Of a DNA stretch of 64,000 bases, positions 55,401 through 64,000 are shown piece after piece (the first letter of the stretch is position 1; every line of letters begins with the position of its first letter). Below the pieces are notes generated by a model that ran no database searches, was not told the DNA's origin, and was given only the letters and a program-made list of their open reading frames with translations. The translations under genes were made by a program, and so were the position numbers. This DNA comes from Gammaproteobacteria bacterium. GTDB taxonomy: Bacteria; Pseudomonadota; Gammaproteobacteria; Steroidobacterales; JBFFHS01. The DNA lies in contig JBFFHS010000009.1 in assembly GCA_041556855.1 (NCBI GenBank), forward strand, positions 1,891 through 65,890. The letters are read 5' to 3'.

Positions 55401-55555
55401 GGGGTTGAGTGTACGCCAGGTGGAGTGCCTCATAAATTGGGACGCCTGGGCAGGCGGCGGGGGAAGCTCCCTGCGATTGCTGGCCAGCGCGCTGTGCAGG
55501 CGAAGCACCCTGGCGGTGTTTTTCAGATACGGTCATCACCTATCGCGCCCGTATA

Positions 55556-55990
55556 ATGCGCGCCATGCTGCGCGTGGATGACCAAATCACCATTCCCGAA
55601 GCCGAGTTGGCGTTTTCAGCCGTACGTGCCCAGGGTGCCGGCGGCCAGAACGTCAACAAGGTGGCTACGGCCGTTCACCTGCGCTTCGATTCCCAGGCGT
55701 CTGGGGCGCTGCCTGCCCATATCAAGGCGCGCATTCTGCGGCTCAACGACCAGCGGGTTACCCGGGACGGGGTCATCGTGATCAAGGCCCAGAGTTCGCG
55801 CAGCCAGGAGCAGAATCGCGCCGCGGCCTTACAGCGGCTCAAGACACTGCTGCAGAGTGTGCTCCGGGAACCAAAGCCGCGCCGTCCGACGCGGCCGACG
55901 CGGGCAGCGCAGCGGCGCCGCGTGGAGGAGAAAAAACATCGCGGCCAATTGAAACACAGCCGCGCGAAAGCGCGCCTCGACGATGTTTGA
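55556..55990 (+). CDS. arfB: alternative ribosome-rescue factor ArfB (peptidyl-tRNA hydrolase, GGQ domain)
   Basis: IPEAELAFSAVRAQGAGGQNVNKVATAVHLRFD with a GGQ motif and a basic C-terminal tail. The start may be MLRVDD at 55565. Confidence 0.9.
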   Translation: MRAMLRVDDQITIPEAELAFSAVRAQGAGGQNVNKVATAVHLRFDSQASGALPAHIKARILRLNDQRVTRDGVIVIKAQSSRSQEQNRAAALQRLKTLLQSVLREPKPRRPTRPTRAAQRRRVEEKKHRGQLKHSRAKARLDDV

Positions 55991-56396
55991 AGCCGTCGTC
56001 CAGTTCTTTGTCGCCTACGCCGGATGGATTGCTGTGGGCTCCCTGTGCAGCCTGTTGGTGGGTATCCTGTCGCTGCCTTTTCTGGTGTCGCGGATCCCGG
56101 CCGACTATTTTTCCCACAGCCATCGGCACCGGATGTCGGAAAGCTCGCGGCATCCTCTCGTTCGGCTGTTTTTTGCCGGCATCAAAAACGCTATCGGCGC
56201 CGTCTTCGTGCTGGCGGGACTGATCATGCTGGTGCTGCCGGGCCAGGGTTTGCTGACGTTGTTCGCAGGCTTGATGATCATGAACTATCCGGGCAAGTTC
56301 GGCGTGGAACGCTGGCTGATCCAGCGTCCTTACGTCATGCCTGCCGTAAACCGCTTGCGAGCCCGCTACGGGCACCCGCCTCTGCAGGACCCCTAG
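55983..56396 (+). CDS. hypothetical membrane protein (PGPGW-like)
   Basis: 137 aa, 3 hydrophobic helices, LPGQGLL motif. 8-bp overlap with arfB. Confidence 0.5.
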   Translation: MFEAVVQFFVAYAGWIAVGSLCSLLVGILSLPFLVSRIPADYFSHSHRHRMSESSRHPLVRLFFAGIKNAIGAVFVLAGLIMLVLPGQGLLTLFAGLMIMNYPGKFGVERWLIQRPYVMPAVNRLRARYGHPPLQDP

Positions 56397-56430
56397 AGCC
56401 TGCCAGCCGGCATTGTGCAAGGGCGGGTGG

Positions 56431-57417
56431 TCAGCCGTTGGGCAGCAGAATGATTTTGCCGTTGCGCTGCTCACCCGTTTCCGCCTCGTGGGCAAAGGCC
56501 TGCTGAGCCTGGTCCAAAGTATAGGTGGCGGCAATCCGGGCGCTCAGCTTGCCGGCGGCAATCATCCCCGCCAGCCGGGCGTACTCATTCGCGAGCTGTT
56601 CGGGTGTACGTTGCACGGACATGTTCATGCCCACCAGCTTGATCTCGCGCAGGAACATGTCCTGAAACGCCATCTGGGAATTCTCGCCGGTCATAAAACC
56701 GTAGTTGACCACCGTACCACCCGGTGCAAGGCATCGGGCCACGCCGACCGTGGCGGTGCTGGCCACGCAGTCGATACCCACGTGAACGGGCTCGCCCCCG
56801 GTGGCGCGGCTTACCATGGCGGCCAGCTCGTCCGGGTCGCCGGGATCTACGAGCACCGCATCAGCGCCCAGGTCCTCGAGCTCGGCGATCAAGGATGCGC
56901 GGCGCACCAGATTGATGGTCTTGACGCCCTTCTCGCGGGCCAGCACGATCAGAAAACGTCCGCAGCTGGAGTTGGCGCCGTTTTGCAGGAGCCACTGGCC
57001 GGGCTTGACGCCGTACTCCTCGAGCAGGATCAGGGCGGTGCGGGCATTCACGGTCATCAGGGACAGCTGCAGAGCATCGCCTTCCGGGGCCGGGATGCAG
57101 TCGGCCGCGCGGACCGCGACCTGCTCGCGAAAGGTACCGCAGCCCACCGGCAAAAAGACTCGATCGCCGTTGCTGAAACGGCTGACCTGCTCCCCGCATC
57201 GGATGATCCGTCCGATACCCTCATGGCCGGGCCAGCGCGGCATGGTGTACCAGCGAAACCCGGGATCGCCGTTGATCAGCTTGAGATCTGCCAGGTGCAC
57301 CGGTGCCGCTTCCACTGCCACGATGACCTCGTCCGGCTCAGCCTGAGGCGCGGGGACGTCCACCAGACTGACGACGTCGGGTGGGGCGCCGTAGGCGGTT
57401 TGTTGCAGGGCTCTCAT
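56431..57417 (-). CDS. MDR-superfamily NADPH-dependent enoyl/quinone reductase
   Basis: MRALQQTAYGAPPDVVSLVDVP...PVHLADL and LQNGANSSCGRFLIVLAREKG Rossmann. ATG at 57417 preferred to the ORF-track start at 57681. Confidence 0.75.
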   Translation of the reverse strand: MRALQQTAYGAPPDVVSLVDVPAPQAEPDEVIVAVEAAPVHLADLKLINGDPGFRWYTMPRWPGHEGIGRIIRCGEQVSRFSNGDRVFLPVGCGTFREQVAVRAADCIPAPEGDALQLSLMTVNARTALILLEEYGVKPGQWLLQNGANSSCGRFLIVLAREKGVKTINLVRRASLIAELEDLGADAVLVDPGDPDELAAMVSRATGGEPVHVGIDCVASTATVGVARCLAPGGTVVNYGFMTGENSQMAFQDMFLREIKLVGMNMSVQRTPEQLANEYARLAGMIAAGKLSARIAATYTLDQAQQAFAHEAETGEQRNGKIILLPNG

Positions 57418-57433
57418 AGGCGTGCTCCCGGCC

Positions 57434-57847
57434 TCAGGCGGTGGGGCGCGTCGGGAACTCAGGCAGGCCCGCTGCGGGGCAGGACCAGCTGCTGCGGGAA
57501 CCCATGTAGATGTGCGCTTGCGGCTTGAGCGCAGGTTCCGCATCCAGCGAGCCGGCTGGGATGAAGACGGCGTCCATATCCGGGATAAAGCGGGGTAGCC
57601 GTGATCCGCAGGTTCGGCAGAAGCAGTTGGTGAACCGCGCGGCCTCGGGCACCTTGTAGCTGGCAATAAGACCCTCGCCACTGTGGAAGGTCAGCTGGCC
57701 TGCCACGAAGAGGTTGGTCGCGTGGCCGGTGCCGGTGGCTTTCCGGCAGCGCCCGCAGTGGCAGTGGTAGAACCGCTGGGGCGTGCCGACCACGGAATAG
57801 GTCACCTCGCCGCACAGACAGCTACCGGTCAGTTTCTGTTCGTTCAT
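57434..57847 (-). CDS. GFA-family (CENP-V/glutathione-dependent formaldehyde-activating fold) protein
   Basis: GSCLCGEVTY...YHCHCGRCRKATG zinc-Cys motifs. 137 aa. Confidence 0.85.
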   Translation of the reverse strand: MNEQKLTGSCLCGEVTYSVVGTPQRFYHCHCGRCRKATGTGHATNLFVAGQLTFHSGEGLIASYKVPEAARFTNCFCRTCGSRLPRFIPDMDAVFIPAGSLDAEPALKPQAHIYMGSRSSWSCPAAGLPEFPTRPTA

Positions 57848-57867
57848 GGCAGCCTCATTTGTTCAGG

Positions 57868-58257
57868 TTATCCGCCGAGCGTGTTGTCACCGCTCATCCA
57901 AATGGAAATGCGTTGAATTCCGGATCGCTCGAATTGGAACAGCGTCAGGTTGTGTACCTCTACCGCGCTGCCGTCCGCGTCGATACGCCGCACCGTCAGG
58001 CGTGTGGCGACTCTCCAGGCTTGGGTATCGACTGTGTGCTGAAAATCCCCGTGCCAGGATTTTTTCACCCGTTTGGCGCGCCGCTCGTAAGTGGCTCGAA
58101 TAGCCTCAAGGCCTTCCTGCACAGAGCCGTGGTTGACGACTTCCAGGACGCAAGCAGCGGTGAGATGAGCCAGGATGGCGTCCGTGTCAAAGCGATCCAC
58201 GTCCCGAAAATAGTCTTCGACGCGGCGGATCAGATCCGCTTGGTTAGCATGAGTCAT
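57868..58257 (-). CDS. NTF2/SnoaL-like fold protein
   Basis: 129 aa. LIRRVEDYFRDVDRFDTDAILAHL pattern is typical of SnoaL-like domains. Confidence 0.55.
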   Translation of the reverse strand: MTHANQADLIRRVEDYFRDVDRFDTDAILAHLTAACVLEVVNHGSVQEGLEAIRATYERRAKRVKKSWHGDFQHTVDTQAWRVATRLTVRRIDADGSAVEVHNLTLFQFERSGIQRISIWMSGDNTLGG

Positions 58258-58499
58258 GGGCGAAGCGTAGCATCATCCGCCGCGGCAGTTCCCCCGCTCG
58301 CCGCAGCAGTGCGCAGACCGGTCTGGGGCGCCGTCGCGCCGGCCCCTTAACGATCAGCCGAGCCGCCGGCCTGAAGACCAGAGACCAGAAATTGACGCCG
58401 TCGCCATGGCTGACAATCTGTTTACCGTGGTCGCCAATGACCTGAACGAGGGGTTCTTATTGGCAGCGTCTTGCGCGCCTGTTGCAGCCGTCTTGCGCG

Positions 58500-59165
58500 C
58501 TATTTGATGCCGTCCACCTTGTCGGCATGGATGCAGCGATACAGCTTTGCCGGGCGATGGGCGCCGTCGCGCTGCTGCCCGCCGGTCGGCTCGATGAGCC
58601 CGAGCGCCAGGATCCGCTTGCGGAAATTTCGCTTGTCCAAGTGCTCGCCAAGGATGGATTCGTAGACCTGCTGTAACTGGGGCAACGTGAACTCCCGGGG
58701 CATGAGTTGGCAAGCGATGGTCGAGTCGTTCAGCTGGGCCTTCAGGCGCTGCTGCGCCAGCTTCAGGATGTGGGCGTGGTCAAAGGCCAGGACCGGCAGC
58801 TCGGCCAGTCCGAACCAGCCCGCCGCCCTGGCGTCGCTGGCGGCCCGAATCCGGGCACGGTCTGGGGGGAGGAGTGCGGAGTAGGCCACCGTGATGACCC
58901 GTTCCCGGGGGTCCCGGTCAGGCGCGCCGAAGGTGTAGAGCTGCTCCAGATGAACGCCCTGGATCCCCGTTTCCTCCTGCAGCTCCCGGCGCGCCGCCGC
59001 GTCCAGGGACTCGTCGATCTCCACAAAGCCGCCGGGCAGGGCCCAGGCCCCCCCATAGGGATCCTCGGCCCGCTTGATCAGTAACACCCCAAGCTCGTTG
59101 TGGCAAACGGTAAAGACCACGATGTCGGTGGCCACCGCTGGGTGGGGATGGTCGTAGCTGTACAT
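58500..59165 (-). CDS. NrtR-family Nudix-related transcriptional regulator
   Basis: Intact Nudix box GGFVEIDESLDAAARRELQEETGI. C-terminal wHTH signature FTLPQLQQVYESILGEHLDKRNFRKRILALGLIE. Confidence 0.8.
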   Translation of the reverse strand: MYSYDHPHPAVATDIVVFTVCHNELGVLLIKRAEDPYGGAWALPGGFVEIDESLDAAARRELQEETGIQGVHLEQLYTFGAPDRDPRERVITVAYSALLPPDRARIRAASDARAAGWFGLAELPVLAFDHAHILKLAQQRLKAQLNDSTIACQLMPREFTLPQLQQVYESILGEHLDKRNFRKRILALGLIEPTGGQQRDGAHRPAKLYRCIHADKVDGIK

Positions 59166-59173
59166 GGATAGAC

Positions 59174-59194
59174 TTTGTGTAATCAGTACACAAA
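59174..59194. promoter_or_regulatory. 21-bp palindrome TTTGTGTA-ATCAG-TACACAAA, candidate NrtR operator
   Basis: Perfect 8-bp arms with an inner GT-N7-AC core. The proximal edge lies 9 bp upstream of the NrtR-like gene start codon (59165, minus strand). Confidence 0.5.
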
Positions 59195-59256
59195 ACTAAT
59201 ACATCGGTGCGACTGAGCGCAAGGACGAACCGCAGACGGGCGGCGCGCTCAGGGTG

Positions 59257-60264
59257 TCAAGTCAGATACTCGGCCGTCAGTTGGGTAGACGCGCTCCACA
59301 AGCGTTGCGCCATGGCCGCATCTTCGGAGTGTCCGCCGGGTCGGTGGGGATTACAGTTTTTGAAAAACAAGCCGCTCACTTCGGCAAGCGCAGGATTCGT
59401 GGCGACATAGCAGGTGGTTGCCGCGCCTTGGGGAATCGAACGCATGAAGGCCCAGCCGAACAACCTTGCGGTAGTGATCTTCCACCAGGGCATGTGCCGA
59501 CCCAGGTTGGTCATGATGACGCCCGGACTGACAGCATTCGCTGTACAGCGGCTGTTCGCGGCGCGAAAACGGCGCGCGAGCTCCAAGGAGAACAGGACGT
59601 TGGCCAGTTTAGAGTGGCCATAGGCTAAACCGGGGGTATAGACGCCTTCCAGCGAGAGGTTGTCGAACAGGATGCCGGCCTCCGGCGCTGATCGGGTGGC
59701 CTGCCCGCTGGCCAGAACAACGACCCGCCCCTGAGGTGCGGCCTCAAGCTGTGACCGAAGCCCATTGACCAGAATGAAATGGCCGAGATGGTTGACGACG
59801 AAGTGGCGCTCCACAGCGTAGACCAGCTCACGCTCGGGTAGCTCCATGATGCCCGCATTGCAGATCAACATGTCCAGAGGCCTGTTCAGCGCCCGTACCG
59901 TGTCCACAGCGGACCGCACCGATGAAAAATCCGATAGCTCCACGGCCAAAGGTGTCGTCTGCCCGGCGACGCTGGCGCACGCAGCGGTGGCTTTGTCCAG
60001 CGTGCGGGCTGCGCCGATCACGTGGGCGCCACGCAGCGCCAGGACGCGCATGGTTTCATAGCCCAGTCCCGAGTTCGCGCCGGTCACCAGCGCCGTCTTG
60101 CCACTCAGATCCAGCCCGGCAGTGACCTGTTCGGCCGTGGCCTCCGCCGTGAAAGCGCTCCTTGGCACGTCCTCCGGCAGGGGGAGCGGCTCGTCAGAGC
60201 TGCAGGCCACGAGATTGGCCGTGACGGTGGCGCCGGCGGCTGCAAGGAAATCGCGCCGGTTCAC
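59257..60264 (-). CDS. SDR-family oxidoreductase with twin-arginine signal and lipobox
   Basis: MNRRDFLAAAGATVTANLVAC (RRxFL + LVAC), then TGANSGLG cofactor motif and YGHSK catalytic pair. Confidence 0.8.
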   Translation of the reverse strand: MNRRDFLAAAGATVTANLVACSSDEPLPLPEDVPRSAFTAEATAEQVTAGLDLSGKTALVTGANSGLGYETMRVLALRGAHVIGAARTLDKATAACASVAGQTTPLAVELSDFSSVRSAVDTVRALNRPLDMLICNAGIMELPERELVYAVERHFVVNHLGHFILVNGLRSQLEAAPQGRVVVLASGQATRSAPEAGILFDNLSLEGVYTPGLAYGHSKLANVLFSLELARRFRAANSRCTANAVSPGVIMTNLGRHMPWWKITTARLFGWAFMRSIPQGAATTCYVATNPALAEVSGLFFKNCNPHRPGGHSEDAAMAQRLWSASTQLTAEYLT

Positions 60265-60273
60265 GGGTGCCCC

Positions 60274-61593
60274 TCAGGGCGTTGTTTCCAGGGCTGTGGG
60301 CCGGCCTGGCCGATACGTCTCGCCCAGAGCCCAGATGCTGCCCATGCCGATCAAGGTGAGGATGACCATGTAGAGCGGCACCGGCCAGTAAGCACCGCCG
60401 GTCGCAGCCAGCAGCGCTGTAGAGATGAACGGTGCCAGGCCGCCACCCAGCACCTGACCGACCTGATAGCCCAGCGAGGCTGCCGAGTAGCGCACGTTAG
60501 CCACGAACAGTTCGGCGAAATACGCGGCGATGGGACCGTACAGGGCGCCGAAGGCTAAAAGCCCCGCGCTCATGGCCAGCCAGATCAGGGCGGGATCGGC
60601 CGTATTCACCATCCAGAACATGGGATAGGCATACAGCAGCATGAAAATGCCCCCACCCATGAGCACCGGCAGCCGTCCCACCACGTCGGAGAGGCTGGCA
60701 AACGCGATGCACGCGACAATCTGCACGGCTGAGGCGATCAGCACGCCGGTCAGCATGACGTCCCGGGGCACGCCCAGGGTGGTCGTACCCCAGGACAGCA
60801 TGAAGGACACGATGATGTAGTAGGGGCCGCTGACCAGCACGAACGCACCGGCCGCCAGGACGATTTGCCGCGGATAATTCTTGATGGCGGTCAACAACGG
60901 AATGTGGGCGTCGCTGGCTTTCTCCTTCACGCTTTGAAAGACGGGTGTCTCATCGATCTTCAAGCGGATATACAACCCCACCAGCACGGGCAGGATGCTG
61001 AGAATAAAGGGCACCCGCCAACCCCACACCAGGAACTGGTCCCCGCTGATGCGCGCCGATAGTCCCAGGACCGCCGTGGCGATCAGGAAGCCAAAGGGCA
61101 CCGCGGATTGGGGGAATCCGCCCCAGAAACCGCGCCGGTTCTCGGGCGCGTATTCCACCACCATAAGCACGGCGCCGCCCCACTCGCCGCCGTAGGCCAA
61201 CCCCTGGATGAGCCGCAGCACGACCAGGAGGATGGGGGCCAGAATGCCGACCTGCTCGTAGGTGGGCAGCAGTCCAATCAGGGTGGTGGCCACACCCATA
61301 ACGATCAAGGTGAGCACCAGCATGGGCTTGCGGCCCAGCCTGTCGCCATAGTGCCCGGCGATGATGCCGCCGATGGGGCGTGCCAGAAAGCCGATGCTGA
61401 AGGTGGAAAACGCCAGCAGCGTGCCGATGATGGGATCGTCACCGACGGGAAAGAATAATTGGCCGAAGACCAGGGCGGCAGCGCTCGCGTAGAGCAGAAA
61501 ATCGTAGCCCTCCAGGGCTGTACCGATGAAGCTTGCAGCAGTGACTCTTTTGATGAGGTGTCTCCCCTCGCTTCGCCGCCACTCATATAGCAC
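60274..61593 (-). CDS. MFS transporter, metabolite:H+ symporter (MHS) type
   Basis: FIGTALEGYDFLLY N-terminal signature and GHYGDRLGRKP loop. 439 aa. Confidence 0.85.
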   Translation of the reverse strand: MLYEWRRSEGRHLIKRVTAASFIGTALEGYDFLLYASAAALVFGQLFFPVGDDPIIGTLLAFSTFSIGFLARPIGGIIAGHYGDRLGRKPMLVLTLIVMGVATTLIGLLPTYEQVGILAPILLVVLRLIQGLAYGGEWGGAVLMVVEYAPENRRGFWGGFPQSAVPFGFLIATAVLGLSARISGDQFLVWGWRVPFILSILPVLVGLYIRLKIDETPVFQSVKEKASDAHIPLLTAIKNYPRQIVLAAGAFVLVSGPYYIIVSFMLSWGTTTLGVPRDVMLTGVLIASAVQIVACIAFASLSDVVGRLPVLMGGGIFMLLYAYPMFWMVNTADPALIWLAMSAGLLAFGALYGPIAAYFAELFVANVRYSAASLGYQVGQVLGGGLAPFISTALLAATGGAYWPVPLYMVILTLIGMGSIWALGETYRPGRPTALETTP

Positions 61594-61728
61594 GGCAGGG
61601 CCCGAATGTCCCCCGCCCGGCGGTTTTAGAACGCGATGCCCTTGGCCCTGAGCTTGTCCGGCAGACCAGCGGCTGCGGCCGCCACGCCAATGGATGTTCG
61701 TCGCGGAATGGTTTTTGGCCCAGGTGCC

Positions 61729-62826
61729 TCAGCTACGACGGCGCGCCTGCTTCAGCTTTTCATAGAGCTGCCGTTCACCGCTGGACAGCGTTTCCGGGAG
61801 GTGGACGGCGATGCGCAGCTTTAGATCACCGTGCCCGGAATCACCAAAACGGGGCAGGCCCTTGCCGCGCAGGCGCAGGATGTCATCGGGCTGCGTGCCG
61901 GCCGGCACGGTGACCTGGGCTTCGCCATCAAGCGTCGGTATGTTCAGCTCCGTGCCGAGCACCGCGTCGACCACATCCAGGGTGACGCCCCGCCATAGAT
62001 CGGCGCCGCGGCGCTGAAAACGCGGGTCTGGCGCGGCGACGACCTGCAGCAGGAGATCACCCGCGGGCTTGCCCGCTTGACCCGGGTGGCCGTGGCCGGC
62101 GACGCGTAACACCATGCCATCCTCGATGCCGCGGGGGATACTGACCTTCAGGGTTTCCATTTTTGCTGTCTGGCCCCGTCCGCCGCAGGTGGGACAGGGT
62201 TCTCCCGGCTGGGCGCCTCGGCCCTGGCAGTCCGAGCAGACCGTGATCTGCTGGATACGGAAGCTGCGGCCTTCTTGCTCATTGCGTTCGCTGGCTGAGA
62301 CGCGATGCCCGGTCCCGCCGCAGGCGGGGCAGGGCGGCGCCGGCGTCCCCGAGCGCGTCCCGTAGCCATGGCAGGTGGCGCAGGGCAGCTGGCGGGAAAA
62401 ATGCACATCTTCCTTGCCGCCTTCAGCAATGCGTTCCAGCGGCACCTCCAAACGGATGGTCAGATCCTCGCCGCCGGCGGCGCGCCGCCGGCCGGCAAAG
62501 AAGCGGTCGAACACGCTGTCGCCGCCTGGTCCGAAACCGAAACCGAAATCGCCGAAGATGCTGCCCAGGTCTACATCGCGGAACAGGTCGTCGCTGGTGA
62601 AGTGGGCGACCCCTTCTTCACCGGTGGCGTCATAGCGGGCGCGCTTCTTGGGGTCGGATAGCACGGCATAGGCTTTCGCGATCTCCTTAAAGCGGTCTTC
62701 CGCATCAGGTGCCTTATTGCGATCCGGATGCCACTTCATGGCGAGCCGATGGTAGGCGTCCTTAAGGGTCTTTTTGTCGGCGTCCCGGGGAACCCCCAGA
62801 ATGTCGTAGTAGTCGCGCTGGGCCAT
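61729..62826 (-). CDS. dnaJ: DnaJ-class (type I) co-chaperone paralog
   Basis: J domain DYYDILGVPRDADKKTLKDAYHRLAMKWHPDRN. Four CxxCxGxG zinc-finger repeats (CATCHGYG, CPACGGTG, CSDCQGRG, CPTCGGRG). No dnaK or grpE adjacent. Confidence 0.8.
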   Translation of the reverse strand: MAQRDYYDILGVPRDADKKTLKDAYHRLAMKWHPDRNKAPDAEDRFKEIAKAYAVLSDPKKRARYDATGEEGVAHFTSDDLFRDVDLGSIFGDFGFGFGPGGDSVFDRFFAGRRRAAGGEDLTIRLEVPLERIAEGGKEDVHFSRQLPCATCHGYGTRSGTPAPPCPACGGTGHRVSASERNEQEGRSFRIQQITVCSDCQGRGAQPGEPCPTCGGRGQTAKMETLKVSIPRGIEDGMVLRVAGHGHPGQAGKPAGDLLLQVVAAPDPRFQRRGADLWRGVTLDVVDAVLGTELNIPTLDGEAQVTVPAGTQPDDILRLRGKGLPRFGDSGHGDLKLRIAVHLPETLSSGERQLYEKLKQARRRS

Positions 62827-62976
62827 GGGCCAATCAGAATCGCTGTTGCTCCTGCAGCATGGTAGTGGGACGAGGCTGGAATGACTATCGCCGCCGCCGT
62901 GCCGGCCGGTCGTCCATCACCCTGCCCTTCCCCAACGCAGTGAATGTCGCCGTGGCCGAGCCACGTCCGGCGGACG

Positions 62977-63555
62977 CTACTGCGACAGGACTTTCACCAT
63001 CAGCAGGGCGTTGCCCGTGTGGTGGATCAACGGGTGGGGCACCACGGGCTCGCGCGCCACGACTTGATAGCCCAGGCGTTCGTAGAGCCGCTTGGCCCCG
63101 TCATTCTGCTCAAAAACGATCAGGCTGAGTTTGTTCAGACGGCGCTCGCGAGCATGCTGTTCCGCCAGCGCCATGAACCGTTGCCCGATTCCCCGACCGC
63201 GCCACTGCGGATATACAGCGACTCCACAGACGTAGTAGCTGTTGTCCTCTTCCAACCTGCTGTAGGGGGCGAGCACGGGGTCCGCTTCTTCATAGTCGGG
63301 GTCCACTGCCATCGGAAAGGCAACGAGCATCCCGATCAACCGCCCGTCCACCATGGCTACCGTGCAGTTGTGGTAGCTGAACACCGACTCTTCCCGCTGA
63401 TACCGACGGGTGCCCACGTCCAGGATGTCTTCTCCGGGTGCCGCCAGGGTCGTCCAGATGTAGTCCGCCACGCCGTCCGAGGAGATGCTGTACAGCTCGG
63501 CAATCTGGCGGCACTGCGCCTTGGTGGCGGGCAGGAATTCGACACTGGTGTCCAT
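62977..63555 (-). CDS. GNAT-family N-acetyltransferase
   Basis: VAVYPQWRGRGIGQRFMALAEQHARE acetyl-CoA binding motif (Q/RxxGxG). 192 aa. Confidence 0.8.
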   Translation of the reverse strand: MDTSVEFLPATKAQCRQIAELYSISSDGVADYIWTTLAAPGEDILDVGTRRYQREESVFSYHNCTVAMVDGRLIGMLVAFPMAVDPDYEEADPVLAPYSRLEEDNSYYVCGVAVYPQWRGRGIGQRFMALAEQHARERRLNKLSLIVFEQNDGAKRLYERLGYQVVAREPVVPHPLIHHTGNALLMVKVLSQ

Positions 63556-63567
63556 GGACGCTTGATT

Positions 63568-63933
63568 TTATCGCGCCAGGGCCCGGTTGGCGGCACTCTG
63601 GGCGCTGCCGGCCAGGCGCCGGGCTTCGCTCGCCTCCCGGCGGGCGGCGGCCGCCTCAGCCTGGGCGCGGCGTACGTCCTGCGCCAGCCGGGTGACCTCC
63701 CGTTCCAGTCGAGTGATGGCAGCCTGGGCGCGCTGGCCAGTCTCGGCGCTGGCCAGGGAGCCAGGGCCCTCGGTGGTCCGCGCGGCGAGCCGGGTTTGCA
63801 GGGCAGCGACCTGCTGCTCGAGCTGAGCCATGCGCTGCGCCAGCGGGGCAGCGGGTTCCTGAGCAGCGGTTCCGGCGCCCAAAGGTATCAACGCCAGGCT
63901 GACCAACAGCGCGGCAAGCCTAATTCTTTCCAC
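63568..63933 (-). CDS. hypothetical exported coiled-coil protein
   Basis: Signal peptide MERIRLAALLVSLALIPLGAG, then Ala/Gln/Arg-rich heptad-like helices. 121 aa. Confidence 0.45.
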   Translation of the reverse strand: MERIRLAALLVSLALIPLGAGTAAQEPAAPLAQRMAQLEQQVAALQTRLAARTTEGPGSLASAETGQRAQAAITRLEREVTRLAQDVRRAQAEAAAARREASEARRLAGSAQSAANRALAR

Positions 63934-64000
63934 GATGATCTCCTGGATCCTATGGTTGGGGCGGGCCAGCGGGCGCGGCCGGGATCCGACCCGTGTGGCG

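Noticed and set aside
58464-58500. Near-direct repeat CAGCGTCTTGCGCGC / CAGCCGTCTTGCGCGC just downstream of the NrtR-like stop codon
   Set aside because: It is only two short copies, and the second abuts the stop codon. There is no following T-tract on the relevant strand, so it is not a convincing terminator and there is no evident function.
1-64000. Searched by eye for tRNA/rRNA genes, CRISPR repeats, transposases, integrases, phage genes and toxin-antitoxin pairs
   Set aside because: None was recognised. The only compositional anomaly, at 24.5-28.5 kb, lacks flanking mobility genes, so no mobile_element feature is claimed.

Overview
High-GC proteobacterial chromosomal window. My spot counts of 60-nt windows gave about 57-68% GC in most places. 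It is densely coding, with about 57 CDS. I recognised no rRNA, tRNA, CRISPR array, IS element, integrase or phage gene. The core, about 10-52.7 kb, is a large catabolic island. (1) A TonB-dependent receptor operon encodes two exported fusion proteins (CarboxypepD_reg-like domain + CxxCH heme-c site + seven-bladed Vgb/streptogramin-lyase-like propeller) that bracket a serine hydrolase, followed by a UbiD-type decarboxylase and an SDR. (2) A 10.5-kb minus-strand array encodes an aldo/keto reductase, two more UbiD paralogs, an ADP-forming and an AMP-forming acyl-CoA ligase, an MDR reductase and an MFS transporter. About 4 kb of this array (24.5-28.5 kb) is markedly lower in GC. (3) A Tat-less DMSO-reductase-family molybdoenzyme is encoded with a 4x[4Fe-4S] subunit and an NrfD/DmsC-like anchor. 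(4) A GntR regulator lies divergent from a xanthine-dehydrogenase-family trio (FAD, 2Fe-2S, Mo subunits), a second ADP-forming CoA ligase, an FAD oxidoreductase, a third heme-propeller paralog, an orphan solute-binding protein and three small coupled membrane/exported proteins. (5) A fourth heme-propeller paralog is co-oriented with a paraoxonase-like lipoprotein and a pore-only channel. The flanks carry a PrpD/hydrolase/MFS operon, an IclR regulator, msrA (exported form), arfB, an NrtR-type Nudix regulator with a 21-bp palindrome, a Tat-lipoprotein SDR, a DnaJ paralog and assorted small enzymes. The strongest candidate for something undescribed is the four-copy exported heme-c/Vgb-propeller family and its coupling to CoA-dependent, UbiD- and molybdenum-based chemistry with no oxygenase. 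All functional calls come from motif reading by eye. No database search was run.
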